From Ylistrum balloti (Eukaryota), in contig NW_026782454.1 in the NCBI RefSeq assembly GCF_031769215.1, positions 434,001-498,000 of the forward strand: a stretch of 64,000 nucleotides of DNA, written 5' to 3'. Position 1 is the stretch's first letter; every line of letters begins with the position of its first letter. The notes beneath the pieces are model-generated. The model made no database searches. It was given only the letters and a program-made list of their open reading frames with translations, and was not told the DNA's origin. Below are positions 13,601-25,355 of this stretch, piece after piece. The translations under genes were made by a program, and so were the position numbers.

Positions 13601-16600
13601 AATTATGTGTCTATCCTTATTTGAAGTGGTATGTCTATATTTGGACAGAATTATGTGTCTATCCTTATTGGAAGTGGTATGTCTATATTTGGACAGAATT
13701 ATGTGTCTATCCTTATTTGAAGTGGTATGTCTATATTTGGACAGAATTATGTGTCTATCCTTATTTGAAGTGGTATGTCTATATTTGGACAGAATTATGT
13801 GTCTATCCTTATTGGAAGTGGTGTTTCTATATTTGGACAGAATTATGTGTCTATCCTTATTTGAAGTGGTATGTCTATATTTGGACAGAATTATGTGTCT
13901 ATCCATATTTGAAGTGGTATGTCTATATTTGGACAGAATTATGTGTCTATCCTTATTGGAAGTGGTGTGTCTATATTTGGACAGAATTATGTGTCTATCC
14001 TTATTGGAAGTGGTGTTTCTATATTTGGACAGAATTATGTGTCTATCCTTATTGGAAGTGGTGTGTCTATATTTAAACAGAATTTTTAGTTTAATTTGTA
14101 ATGAATTCACAGGAGCAATCAGACGTTGACAGATGACCAAAGTCAGTGGGTTAAAAACACACAGGAAAAAGTATACCAACTGATCAGAGAGACACCCCCA
14201 GACGGAGAGCAGTTTGCCCGTAATGTAGAGGTGAGGTTTCAGTCTGCCAGCTATTGATGTCTGTTGTATAAAGATTGCAGGTTTTATTACCATGTCTGAT
14301 GATGTGTAAATACAGTGGGGCACTGTAAATCAGATTAACCTGGTAGCCGGCTGGTGATACTAAAATCTAATACTAAAACAGATCTCCCTAATGTTAATCT
14401 ACCCTTTAATCTGATTGCCTCAGTATTCATCTCAGCATGGTAAATCTGAAAACTGATCACCATTTTGCAATTTTGCAAGGCCCCTCCAATCCAGCTGCCA
14501 ATTTCCATCTCACCTCAGGGCAGATATGCTGTTGGCTGGCTATGCTGTTGGCTGGCTGTGCTGTTGGCCTGCTATGCTGTTGGCTGGCTATGCTGTTGTC
14601 TGGCGATGCTGTTGGCTGGCTATGCTGTTGGCTAATTATGCTGTTGGCAGGCTATGCTGTTGGCTGACTATGCTGTTGGCTGGCTATGTTGTTGGTTGGC
14701 TATGCTCTTGGCTGGTTGTTGGCTAGCTATATATGCTGTTGGCTGGCTATATATGCTGTTGGCTAGCTATATATGCTGTTGGCTGGCTATATATGCTGTT
14801 GGCTGGCTATGCTGTTGGCAGGCTATGTTGTTGGCAGGTTATGCTGTTGGCTGACTTTGCTGTTGGCTGGCTATGCTGTTGGCTGGCTTTGTTGTTGGCT
14901 AGCTATATATGCTGTTGGCTGGCTATGCTGTTGGCTAGCTATATATGCTGTTGGCTGGCTTTATATGCTGTTGGCTGGCTATGCTGTTGGCAGGCTATGC
15001 TGTTGGCCTGCTATACTGTTGGCAGGCTATGTTGTTGGCTGGCTATATATGCTGTTGGCTGGCTATGCTGTTGGCCTGCTATACTGTTGGCAGGCTATGT
15101 TGTTGGCTGGCTATATATGCTGTTGGCTGACTATGCTGTTGTCTGGCTATGCTAATGGCTTTCTATTTCCCATTGATAGAGTCTATGTGTTTGAACAATG
15201 CAGTACTGAGAGTATTTCCCATTGATAGAGTCTATGTGTTTGAACAATGCAGTACTGAGAGTATTTCCCATTGATAGAGTCTATATATAAATCGAGAGAA
15301 TGTATAAAGTATAACAGAAAAAAACTTTCCAGTGCCACCAGTGCCATCAGTGCCATCAGTGCCATCAGTGCCACCAGTGCCACCAGTGCCATCAGTGCCA
15401 CCAGTGCCATCAGTGCCATCAGTGCCATCAGTGCCACCAGTGCCATCATTGCCATCAGTGCCACCAGTGCCATCAGTGCCATCAGTGCCATCAGTGCCAC
15501 CAGTGCCACCAGTGCCACCAGTGCCACCAGTGCCATCAGTGCCATCAGTGCCATCAGTGCCACCAGTGCCATCAGTGCCACCAGTGCCATCAGTGCCACC
15601 AGTGCCACCAGTGCCATCAGTGCCATCAGTGCCATCAGTGCCACCAGTGCCACCAGTGCCATCAGTGCCACCAGTGCCATCAGTGCCATCAGTGCCATCA
15701 GTGCCATCAGTGCCACCAGTGCCATCAGTGCCATCAGTGCCACCAGTGCCACCAGTGCCATCAGTGCCACCAGATTCATATGTTTCTTCATTCATAGTGA
15801 ATTTATGTTAATATTATCTGTAGCTTCATTCTAGTAGCGTATCAAAAGTGAATTTAGTTTTGTTTTATTGACTGTAATATGAATTGTCTATATCATGTGT
15901 GCGAGATGGAATGAAATGAGTACATATGTACATGTAATTTATCTATATTGTTATTACAAATCTATTTTCTGTGTCAGATACCCAAGTCTATTTTCCGTTT
16001 CAGAAACCTGAATCTGTTTCCTGTGCCAGATATACCTTGGTCTATTATCAGTATTAGCCGCCCAAGTCTATTTTCAGTATTTGAAACCTGTCAGATTTTC
16101 TGTTCTGTCTATTGTAGCACATATTGTCCAGAGAGGAGTACTGGAACGATTGGAAAAATGACGGCTGTCCAACTTACGAGAGAGAAAAATGCACAGATGC
16201 CAAACAAAGAACAAAGTAATAGTTGTGAATTATAAACGAGAGAGAGAAAAAAAGCACAAACCCAAAGTAAAAACACAGTAATAGTTGTGAATTATAAACG
16301 AGAGAGAAAAAGGCAGACGTCAAAGCAAGTACAAAGTAATAGTTGTAGATATTAAACAAGAGAGAGCGAGAAAAACAGTAATAGTTGTAGATATTAAACA
16401 AGAGAGAGCGAGAAAAACAGTAATAGTTGTAGATATTAAACAAGAGAGAGCGAGAAAAACAGTAATAGTTGTAGATATTAAACAAAAGAGAGCGAGAAAA
16501 ACAGTAATAGTTGTAGATATTAAACAAGAGAGAGCGAGAGAAACAGTAATAGTTGTAGATATTAAACAAGAGAGAGCGAGAAAAACAGTAATAGTTGTAG

Positions 16601-19600
16601 ATATTAAACAAGAGAGAGCGAGAGAAACAGTAATAGTTGTAGATATTAAACAAAAGAGAGCAAGAAAAACCGTAATAGTTGTAGATATTAAACAAGAGAG
16701 AGCGAGAAAAACAGTAATAGTTGTAGATATTAAACAAGAGAGAGCGAGAGAAACAGTAATAGTTGTAGATATTAAACAAAGGAGAGCGAGAAAAACCGTA
16801 ATAGTTGTAGATATTAAACAAGAGAGAGCGAGATAAACAGTAATAGTTGTAGATATTAAACAAGAGAGAGCAAGAAAAACAGTAATAGTTGTAGATATTA
16901 AACAAGAGAGAGCGAGAAAAACTGTAATAGTTGTAGATATTAAACAAGAGAGAGCGAGAGAAACAGTAATAGTTGTAGATATTAAACAAAAGAGAGCGAG
17001 AAAAACAGTAATAGTTGTAGATATTAAACAAAAGAGAGCGAGAAAAACCATGATAGTTGTAGATATTAAACAAGAGAGAGCGAGAGAAACAGTAATAGTT
17101 GTAGATATTAAACAAAAGAGAGCGAGAAAAACCGTAATAGTTGTAGATATTAAACAAGAGAGAGCGAGAGAAACAGTAATAGTTGTAAGTTATAGACAGG
17201 TAAACATTAAGTCCTGTTTTACATGAGAAACTTTTACAATAAATGCCTTCCTGTATGAGGAATCTAGTGTAAAGCTCTACTGATTAAATTTCTCTACTTG
17301 GATCTGTGGTATTACATAAGACATACATCAAAGATACTAACCTTATTTATTTTGGAGTGCAGGAATGACATGGTTCACTGATATTTATTTCGGAGTGCAG
17401 GAATGACATGGTTCACTGATATTTATTTTGGAGTGCAGGAATGACATGGTTCACTGAATCTCTTCATTGATTATGGTTATAATAACCAATTGAAGTGTCA
17501 TATTGAAATATAGATTTAAATTTCTAAAAATAAAACGAAATACATCATCCATATTATAACAAAGAAGATCAAATGGAAAATTTGAAAGTGTTCTCTTAGT
17601 ATTTAACAATAATATTATATAGCTGAATGAATTTATTCCTATTAATCTGAAAAAGAAAACCCAGTTTGATGTAAGAATTTCATCTGTTAATGTTGAATTC
17701 ATTTCGCAGCACTTTTCAGGGTTGTCCTGTTGTAGAAACTTTAGATATGGTACTTTCTTTCCAGGGCAAAGCGACGATGGGTTGGAGATGATCTTCAGGC
17801 TAGTGGTGGAAAGATTATCAAAATGGGGAGTTCGGAATTAACACGCCTGTGGAATATCAACCCTAACAACATGGCAGCATGTCGGGCAGACAAAAGGTAC
17901 CTTTATCTTCAAGCCTTAAAAGAGTATAGAAACGCTTTCAGAGAAAAATCTGTCCAGAAGGAATACCCATTTCTATCTAGGCAAAAAATCTGTCCAGAAG
18001 GAATACCCATTTCTATCTAGGCAAAAAATCTGTCCAGAAGGAATACCCATTTCTATCTAGGCAAAAAATCTGTCCAGAGAGACCCATCCTTCCTAATGAG
18101 AAAAATCTTTCTAGTGAAACCTTAGAAAAACCTGTCTATAGAGACCAATCCTTCATGTTGAGAAAATCAAAAATTCAAAATTTCAAAATATGTGAAAACT
18201 GTCCCGTCGTAGCCTTCACAGGCGAAACTTGAGTCAACAGTAAATAAACCTCGAACCTATCATCCCTGACTTGTTGTGTCCTACCACTTCTTGGATTTTT
18301 TATTACCCCTAGTGGGACGCCCTGCATACCCTCGGGATATCCTAGTGGTGGATGACTGAACATCACATAGCTGTAATTCTAACTGTACCATTCCATTTAC
18401 AGAGTATTTCTACCGACGTTAGAGGAGTATTTTGCTGAAGCAATGGAACAAGCCGACCCTGAAGCCATGATAGAAGATGAATACAAGTAAACTTTCAAAC
18501 TAACCGTGAAATATTGATATTTGATGGAAATTTGTGTGTGTGTGTGCGTGCATGGAATAAAACTGGAAAGGAAGTGTAAGTTACCTTGAAAATGAAATTA
18601 AAAAGAGAACTGTCAGTTGTCTATTTCATGATTTTCATGCAAAGAAAAAAAAAATTCAAATTTAAACAAGCAGTCAATGAAACCACAAAACTTTTTTTCT
18701 GATTATTCAAGAGCAATAGAATTGTGTTGGGTGTAAACTTGAATTGTGTTGGGTGTAAACTTGAATTGTGTTGTGTGTAAACTTGAATTGTGTTGGGTGT
18801 AAACTTGAATTGTGTTGGGTGTAACTTGAATTGTGTTGGGTGTAAACTTGAAATGTGTTGTGTGTAAACTTGAATTGTGTTGGGTGTAAACTTGAATTGT
18901 GTTGGGTGTAAACTTGAATTGTGTTGTGTGTAAACTTGAATTGTGTTGGGTGTAAACTTGAATTGTGTTGGGTGTAACTTGAATTGTGTTGGGTGTAAAC
19001 TTGAAATGTGTTGTGTGTAAACTTGAATTGTGTTGGGTGTAACTTGAATTGTGTTGTGTGTAAACTTGAAATGTTTTGGGTGTAAACTTGAATTGTGTTG
19101 GTGTAAACTTGAATTGTGTTGTGTGTAAACTTGAGTTGTGTTGTGTGTAAACTTGAATTGTGTTGTGTGTAAACTTGAAATGTGTTGGTGTAAACTTGAA
19201 TTGTGATGGGTGTAAACTTGAATTGTGTTGGGTGTAACTTGAATTGTGTTGGGTGTAAACTTGAATTGTGTTGGGTGTAAACTTGAATTGTGTTGGGTGT
19301 AACTTGAATTGTGTTGAGTGTAAACTTGAACTGTGTTGAGTATAAACTTGAATTGTGTTGAGTGTAAACTTGAACTGTGTTGGGTGTAAACTTGAATTCT
19401 GTTGAGTGTAATCTTGAAATGTGTTGTGTGTAAACTTGAAATGTGTTGTGTGTAAACTTGAATTGTGTTGGGTGTAAATTTGAATTGTATTGGGTGTAAA
19501 CTTGAATTGTGTTGGGTGTAAATTTGAATCGTGTTGGGTGTAAATTTGAAATGTGTTGTGTGTAAACTTGAATTGTGTTGGGTGTAAACTTGAATTGTGT

Positions 19601-22600
19601 TGAGTGTAAACTTGAAATGTATTGAGTATAAACTTGAATTGTGTTGAGTGTAAACTTGAACTGTGTTGGGTGTAAACTTGAATTCTGTTGAGTGTAATCT
19701 TGACCAGTATTAGATTTAACACCAGGCATAATCAACAGGAATTTCTTTGTAGAGAGACAAATTGAGAGAATCATGTGTATTCAAATTTTGACTTTGTTGA
19801 AATGTTGAAATAATTTTTCTTAAACTTATTTCAAGATTCTTGATGATATAATTATGGTGAAAATAATGATCACTGTAAACGAACCTGTGATGTAATCTGC
19901 TTTTTTCGTCCAGATTGATTAATGAACAGATATTCCAATGGAAGTCCTTACGTTTGTTGGCACGGCGTAGTCCCCATTTTTTCACACATACCAACAAGCC
20001 TGCTATCCCCTTGTCTGAGTATCTAGAAGCAATGCTAAATAAAATTGCCAAGGAAATTCCACAGACAGCCAGTAATGAGGAGATGAAAACAGAAATCGGT
20101 GAGGAGGAAGAAGCTATCCAGGAACGACAAGAGATTGAAGAACAGAATGATGAACAAGGTAATGTGCAGATATATTGGCTGTGGAGCACAAGAATCTGTT
20201 TATATGAAAAATTTATAGTCAGAATTAGATCATGATCGGCAGGTTTAGAATTCATATTTAAACTTCTCCAGTGTTTGACTGAGATTGAAATGTAATATTG
20301 ACATTGTTATCAGTGATACAGTGATGTGTGCCTTCCTATTTCATACCTTCATGGGAAAGATCTATAATATTGAATTTAGGATATCAGACTTAGGATACTA
20401 GATTTAGGATATCAGATTTAGGATACTAGATTTAGGATATCAGATTTTAGATACTAGATTTAGGATATCAGATTTAGGATACTAGATTTAGGATATCAGA
20501 TTTAGGATACTAGATTTAGGATATCAGATTTAGGATACTAGATTTAGGATATCAGATTTTAGATACAAGATTTAGGATACTAGATTTAGGATACTAGATG
20601 TAGGATATCAGATTTTAGATACAAGATTTAGGATATCAGATTTAGATACAAGATTTAGGATATCAGATTTAGATACAAGATTTAGGATATCAGATTTAGA
20701 TACAATATTTAGGATATCAGATTTAGGATACTAGATGTAGGATATCAGATTTTAGATACAAGATTTAGGATATCAGATTTAGATACAAGATTTAGGATAT
20801 CAGATTTAGGATACTAGATTTAGGATATCAGATTTAGATACAAGATTTAGGATATCAGATTTAGGATACTAGACTTAGGATATCAGATTTTAGATACAAG
20901 ATTTAAGATATCAGATTTAGATACAAGATTTAGGATATCAGATTTAGATACAAGATTTAGGATATCAGATTTAGGATACTAGATGTAGGATACTAGACTT
21001 AGGATATCAGATTTAGGATACTAGATGTAGGATACTAGACTTAGGATTTCAGATTTTGGATACTAGATGTAGGATACTAGACTTAGGATATCAGATTTTA
21101 GATACAAGATTTAGGATATCAGATTTTAGATACAAGATTTAAGATATCAGATTTTAGATACAAGATTTAGGATACTAGATTTAGGATACTAGATGTAGGA
21201 TACTAGACTTAGGATATCAGATTTTAGATACAAGATTTAGGATATCAGATTTTAGATACAAGATTTAGGATACTAGATTTAGGATATCAGATTTAGGATA
21301 CTAGATGTAGGATACTAGACTTAGGATATCAGATTTAGGATACTAGATGTAGGATACTAGACTTAGGATATCAGATTTTAGATACAAGATTTAGGATATC
21401 AGATTTTAGATACAAGATTTAGGATACTAGATTTAGGATACTAGATTTAGGATATCAGATTTAGGATGCTAGTTGTAGGATACTAGATTTAGGATATCAG
21501 ATTTAGGATACTAGATGTAGGATACTAGACTTAGGATATCAGATTTTAGATACAAGATTTAGGATATCAGATTTAGGATATAGATGTAGGATACTAGACT
21601 TAGGATATCAGATTTTAGATACAAGATTTAGGATATCAGATTTTAGATACAAGATTTAAGATATCAGATTTTAGATACAAGATTTAGGATACTAGATTTA
21701 GGATACTAGATGTAGGATACTAGACTTAGGATATCAGATTTTAGATACAAGATTTAGGATATCAGATTTTAGATACAAGATTTAGGATACTAGATTTAGG
21801 ATATCAGATTTAGGATACTAGATTTAGGATATCAGATTTAGGATACTAGATGTAGGATACTAGATTTAGGATATCAGATTTAGGATACTAGATTTAGGAT
21901 ACTAGATTTAGGACATAGATTTAGGAAACTAGATTTAGGATACTAGATTAAGGATATCAGATTTTAGATACAAGATTTAGGATATCAGATTTAGGATACT
22001 AGATTTAGGATATCAGATTTAGGATACTAGATGTAGGATACTAGATTTAGGATATCAGATTTAGGATACTAGATTTAGGATACTAGATTTAGGACATATA
22101 TTTAGGAAACTAGATTTAGGATACTAGATTAAGGATATCAGATTTTAGATACAAGATTTAGGATATCAGATTTAGGATACTAGATTTAGGATATCAGATT
22201 TAGGATACTAGATGTAGCATACTAGATTTAGGATATCATATTTAGGATACTAGATGTAGGATACAAGATTGATGATATCAGATTTAGTATACTAGATTTA
22301 GGATATAAGATTTTAGATACTAGATTTATGATATCACACATAGGATATCAGATAGGATTGATTTATGTATTAAATATCCACATGAACATTTAGGTTTCAA
22401 ATGTTTCCAATCTATGCCTTGGTATTTATGTGACTCGACTGCTTGCAGGTAAAGACAATACAGAGGACACTCTCACACAGCCCACATTGGACCTCCTAGC
22501 AACTGCTCTGAAAGGGGAATGGAAGAAACTAGCTACAGAACTCAACTTCCCTGAGGATGATATCACTTATTTTGAAACAGAGAACAGTGACGAAAAACAG

Positions 22601-24242
22601 CAAGCATTAAAGATGCTCACCGTCTGGCTGGTAAGTCCAGTTTTGTTTTACAGAAAAACGTGTCCTCACTGAAGGAGTTTCAACCCAGGGTTGATGTTTC
22701 CTCCAAAAAGAAGTGGTTTGGCCAGGGTTGATGTTTCCTCCAAAAAGAAGTGGTTTGGCCAGGGTTGATGTTTCCTCGAAAAAGAAGTGGTTTGGCCAGG
22801 GTTGATGTTTCCTCCAAAAAGAAGTGGTTTGGACAGGTTTGATGTTTCCTCCAAAAAGAAGTGGTTTGGACAGGGTTGATGTTTCCTCCAAAAAGAAGTG
22901 GTTTGGCCAGGGTTGATGTTTCCTCCAAAAAGAAGTGGTTTGGACAGGGTTGATGTTTCCTCCAAAAAGAAGTGGTTTGGACAGGGTTGATGTTTCCTCC
23001 AAAAAGAAGTGGTTTGGCCAGGGTTGATGTTTCCTCCAAAAAGAAGTGGTTTGGCCAGGGTTGATGTTTCCTCCAAAAAGAAGTGGTTTGGCCAGGGTTG
23101 ATGTTTCCTCCAAAAAGAAGTGGTTTGGACAGGGATGATATTTCCTCCAAAAAGAAGTGGTTTGAAAGCTTCATTGCTAAGATAGGAAGATTTATTTTCA
23201 TTAAGAAAGCTGATGATGTATACTTTGAGAGATGTTTAACCCGACAAGGGAAAAGAAAATATGCTGTCACAGGGTCATCATCAGTCAACAGTTGTGAGGT
23301 GGTGACAAAGTTTTGGTAAAATAATATTGTAAAACTGAGAGTAAAGTGTTTGGTAGTCAATACTGCCAGCATAGTGGTTTGGTAACAATTAGTTCGTCTA
23401 TCATCCGTATAAAGTGGCCCTGTGGGGACATCATGTCCGGCGCCTTTTTGACAGTAACAATTGCTCCGTCCATCATCCGTATAAAGTGGCCCTGTGGGGA
23501 CATCATGTCCAGTGCCTTTTTGACAGTAACAATTGGTCCGTCCATCATCCGTATAAAGTGGCCCTGTGGGGACATCATATCTGGTGCCTTTTTGACAGTA
23601 ACAATTGGTCCGTCCATCATCCGTATAAAGTGGCCCTTTGGGGACATCATATCCGGTGCCTTTTTGACAGTAACAATTGCTCCGTCCATCATCCGTATAA
23701 AGTGGCCCTGTGGGGACATCATGTCCAGTGCCTTTTTGACAGTAACAATTGGTCCGTCCATCATCCTTATAAAGTGGCCCTGTGGGGACATCATGTCCGG
23801 TGCCATTTTGACAGTAACAATTGCTCCGTCCATCATCCGTATTAAGTGGCCCTTTGGGGACATCATGTCCGGTGCCTTTTTGACAGTTTACTTTAGTAAG
23901 ATAGCTTTATGATTTTATATTATTATATTTTATAACTTTATATTGCTGCCTTTCACAAACAGATGCACTTACCTCACATACATTGGTTTATTGTCTTTAA
24001 CGGACTTTTGAGGTTATTAGAAGCTTGAATTTTATACATGGTAAAAGGAATCTTTATATCCCTGACAGTCAATTGAGGGAACATGAAGTTCTTAAGACAA
24101 ATTTTAAATATTGACTAATCGTTTTTATTGGTGTTTATTTCAGGGTAACGAGGGTGAACGTGCTACAGAAGGAACACTGAAGATAGCTCTAAAGGAGGTC
24201 GGACTCACGGATGAGATACAATCAGTGTTCGGCAAATCTTGA
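1669..24242 (+). CDS. THOC1: THO complex subunit 1 (5'-partial, 18 exons, 629 codons plus stop; C-terminal death domain)
   Basis: Exons with GT-AG boundaries and consistent phases: 1669-1742, 3477-3537, 4659-4725, 5378-5496, 6056-6104, 8050-8145, 9386-9456, 9933-9991, 10542-10644, 11019-11150, 11715-11815, 14113-14230, 16118-16215, 17765-17896, 18403-18486, 19914-20158, 22449-22630, 24144-24242 (TGA); total 1890 nt. Translation contains THOC1 hallmarks recalled from the human protein: [106 protein letters not shown]. No start-codon exon was found in 1-1668. Confidence 0.96.
2150..2556 (+). mobile_element. Helentron-type non-autonomous element (HINE-like), decayed
   Basis: Ends in the hairpin AGGCC-ATTA-GGCCT (2537-2550) followed by CTTGTT, the 3' end typical of molluscan HINE-like repeats; the start is approximate. 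Confidence 0.5.
2557..3136 (+). mobile_element. Helentron-type non-autonomous element (HINE-like) with internal tandem units
   Basis: Internal units (GACCTTGA...GGTCA/GGTTA...TCAGATTTGT at ~2729, 2845, 2989), then TCAGGTGATC and the hairpin AGGCCC-ATT-GGGCCT (3117-3131) followed by CTTG. Confidence 0.6.
3720..4600. repeat. 20-bp minisatellite (CCATACACAACTTTGTAACC), ~44 copies
   Basis: Direct inspection; THOC1 intron. Confidence 0.97.
6165..7757. repeat. 19-bp minisatellite (GTCAAATCACTAACCAGAG), ~80 copies
   Basis: Direct inspection; THOC1 intron. Confidence 0.97.
8385..9270. repeat. degenerate ~34-bp minisatellite (ACAAATACCTGTCTATAAAGTCCACCTGTATATA)
   Basis: Direct inspection; a related motif recurs at ~26230-26300. 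Confidence 0.9.
9798..9950. repeat. 75-bp tandem duplication spanning a THOC1 acceptor and the first 18 nt of the exon
   Basis: The copies place ACGGAGTTGAAGGGAGAT at 9858 and 9933. Confidence 0.95.
11820..12995. repeat. 20-bp minisatellite (TGACATTGTCCATTGTGTTG)
   Basis: Direct inspection; starts immediately after the donor at 11816. Confidence 0.97.
13228..14075. repeat. 48-bp minisatellite, ~17 copies
   Basis: TTATTTGAAGTGGTATGTCTATATTTGGACAGAATTATGTGTCTATCC; source of three spurious ORFs. Confidence 0.97.
14525..15150. repeat. degenerate short-unit repeat (GCTATGCTGTTGGCTG)
   Basis: Direct inspection. Confidence 0.93.
15331..15772. repeat. 9-bp repeat AGTGCCA(C/T)C, ~49 copies
   Basis: Direct inspection; preceded by a ~50-bp triplication at 15170-15285. 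Confidence 0.97.
16216..17190. repeat. 42-bp minisatellite containing the exon donor GTAATAGT, ~23 copies
   Basis: GTAATAGTTGTAGATATTAAACAAGAGAGAGCGAGAAAAACA; the first units resemble the 3' end of exon 16118-16215. Confidence 0.95.
17340..17456. repeat. ~39-bp triplication
   Basis: TATTTATTTTGGAGTGCAGGAATGACATGGTTCACTGA x3. Confidence 0.9.
17945..18075. repeat. 40-bp triplication
   Basis: AAAAATCTGTCCAGAAGGAATACCCATTTCTATCTAGGCA x3. Confidence 0.9.
18198..18241 (+). other. degenerate hammerhead-ribozyme-like motif
   Basis: ACTGT-c-CCGTCGT-a-GCC-ttcaca-GGC-GAAAC-ttga-GTC-a-ACAGT. Stems I-III, GAAA and the GTC cleavage triplet are in the right order, but the CTGANGA box is mutated at 3 positions. 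Confidence 0.4.
18720..19700. repeat. 21/22-bp minisatellite (AATTGTGTTGGGTGTAAACTTG)
   Basis: Direct inspection. Confidence 0.97.
20375..22340. repeat. 14-bp minisatellite (GATTTAGGATACTA/GATTTAGGATATCA variants), ~2 kb
   Basis: Direct inspection; variant blocks recur as higher-order duplications. Confidence 0.97.
22685..23162. repeat. 37-bp minisatellite, ~13 copies
   Basis: GCCAGGGTTGATGTTTCCTCCAAAAAGAAGTGGTTTG. Confidence 0.97.
23395..23887. repeat. 72-bp minisatellite, ~7 copies
   Basis: TCATCCGTATAAAGTGGCCCTGTGGGGACATCATGTCC...; source of spurious ORFs on both strands. Confidence 0.97.
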
Positions 24243-25108
24243 TCTTTAACTTCAGTCTTATGGTTGTAATACTGATAATTTCTCCTAAATCTTTAAATCA
24301 TGGCCGAGATGTTTTGTTACACAGATGTTCTGTTGGATCTGTCAAGGAATGAGAAAAGATATTCATGATCAGAGGTCAGCAGGAAAAATTGACATGAAGC
24401 ACAACAAATGATTAAAATTTGAACATGTGAAATGTATGGTTTGTGATACGTGTCAATGTGCTACTAAAACAGCAGGAAAAATTGTGTGATTGAGTTCATT
24501 TGATGGCGGCCATAGATTTCACAAACTGTGAGGTGTGTGAGTGTTTCAAACGGAGAGAAAAGAGGATGTGACATTAATTTTACATGAAAGTGAATTTTTC
24601 ATCAAGAAATCATGGGACCATGTTTGACAGCACAAAACCCCAAAAAATGCAAAATCATCAATTTTCATGAGGTATTCATTTTTGCTGAATTGGTGGGTAT
24701 TTCTTACCCACGTTATATCTCCACAAAGTGATAGATGAATAAAAATTGACATGAATTATAGTACTAGCAGTATTTAACCATGAAATCAAGTGCCAAGGAT
24801 ATTCAAGCCTCTCAAAAATAGTGATTTTACAGTATCATATTTAAACTGATATTACTGTAGTTATATTATTCGTGAGTTAATGAAAATTTCTTTTTGGTGC
24901 TGTTAATAACAAATTGGATCCTGTTTTATGGACAAAAATGTCGCTGTTTTATTGACTTTCTGCCACGATGCAGAAAATGTTATAAAAACATGGCATAAAA
25001 TGATACATTATCATTACATTAATGTTAATAACAGTGGTAAAATACAACTTACAGTTTACTCTCTCTTTAAAAAGTCAGAGTTTCAAATGATCTTCTTTTA
25101 ATTTGTTC

Positions 25109-25114
25109 AATAAA
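25109..25114 (+). terminator. candidate polyadenylation signal of THOC1
   Basis: AATAAA ~870 nt after the stop codon, followed by T-rich sequence; not verified. Confidence 0.35.
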
Positions 25115-25142
25115 TCTTTTTCGTTATACAATAGAAGGAAAC

Positions 25143-25355
25143 TCGTTATTGACTTTTTTGTTCGTTAGGAATACCTTCGCCTGATGGAAGGTACTGTAAT
25201 TGAGCTGAGATGTTCTAAATGTATTTTGTTATACAAAGGGAGATAACCTGTTATTGACTTTTTTGTTTGTTAGGAATACCTTGGCCTGATGGAAGGTACT
25301 GTAATTGAGCTGAGATATTCTAAATGTATTCCGTTATACAAAGGGAGATAACTTG
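25143..25355. repeat. ~105-bp tandem duplication
   Basis: GTTATTGACTTTTTTGTT...GGGAGATAAC x2. Confidence 0.9.

Noticed and set aside
17897-17906. Donors GTACCTTTAT (17897) and GTATCTAAAC (11151) as U12-type introns
   Set aside because: Neither matches RTATCCTT, and no TCCTTAAC branch box lies near the acceptors.
11708-19774. Long ORFs of 150-370 aa in THOC1 introns (e.g. 13208-14323, 15183-15834, 16174-17157, 18703-19774)
   Set aside because: They coincide with tandem arrays, are open in several frames or strands at once, and translate to perfect periodic peptides; they are stop-free by repeat structure.
24693-24711. Perfect hairpin GTGGGTA-TTTCT-TACCCAC in the THOC1 3' region as a SECIS or terminator
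   Set aside because: No SECIS quartet or AA loop and no in-frame TGA to recode; more likely a decayed MITE remnant.
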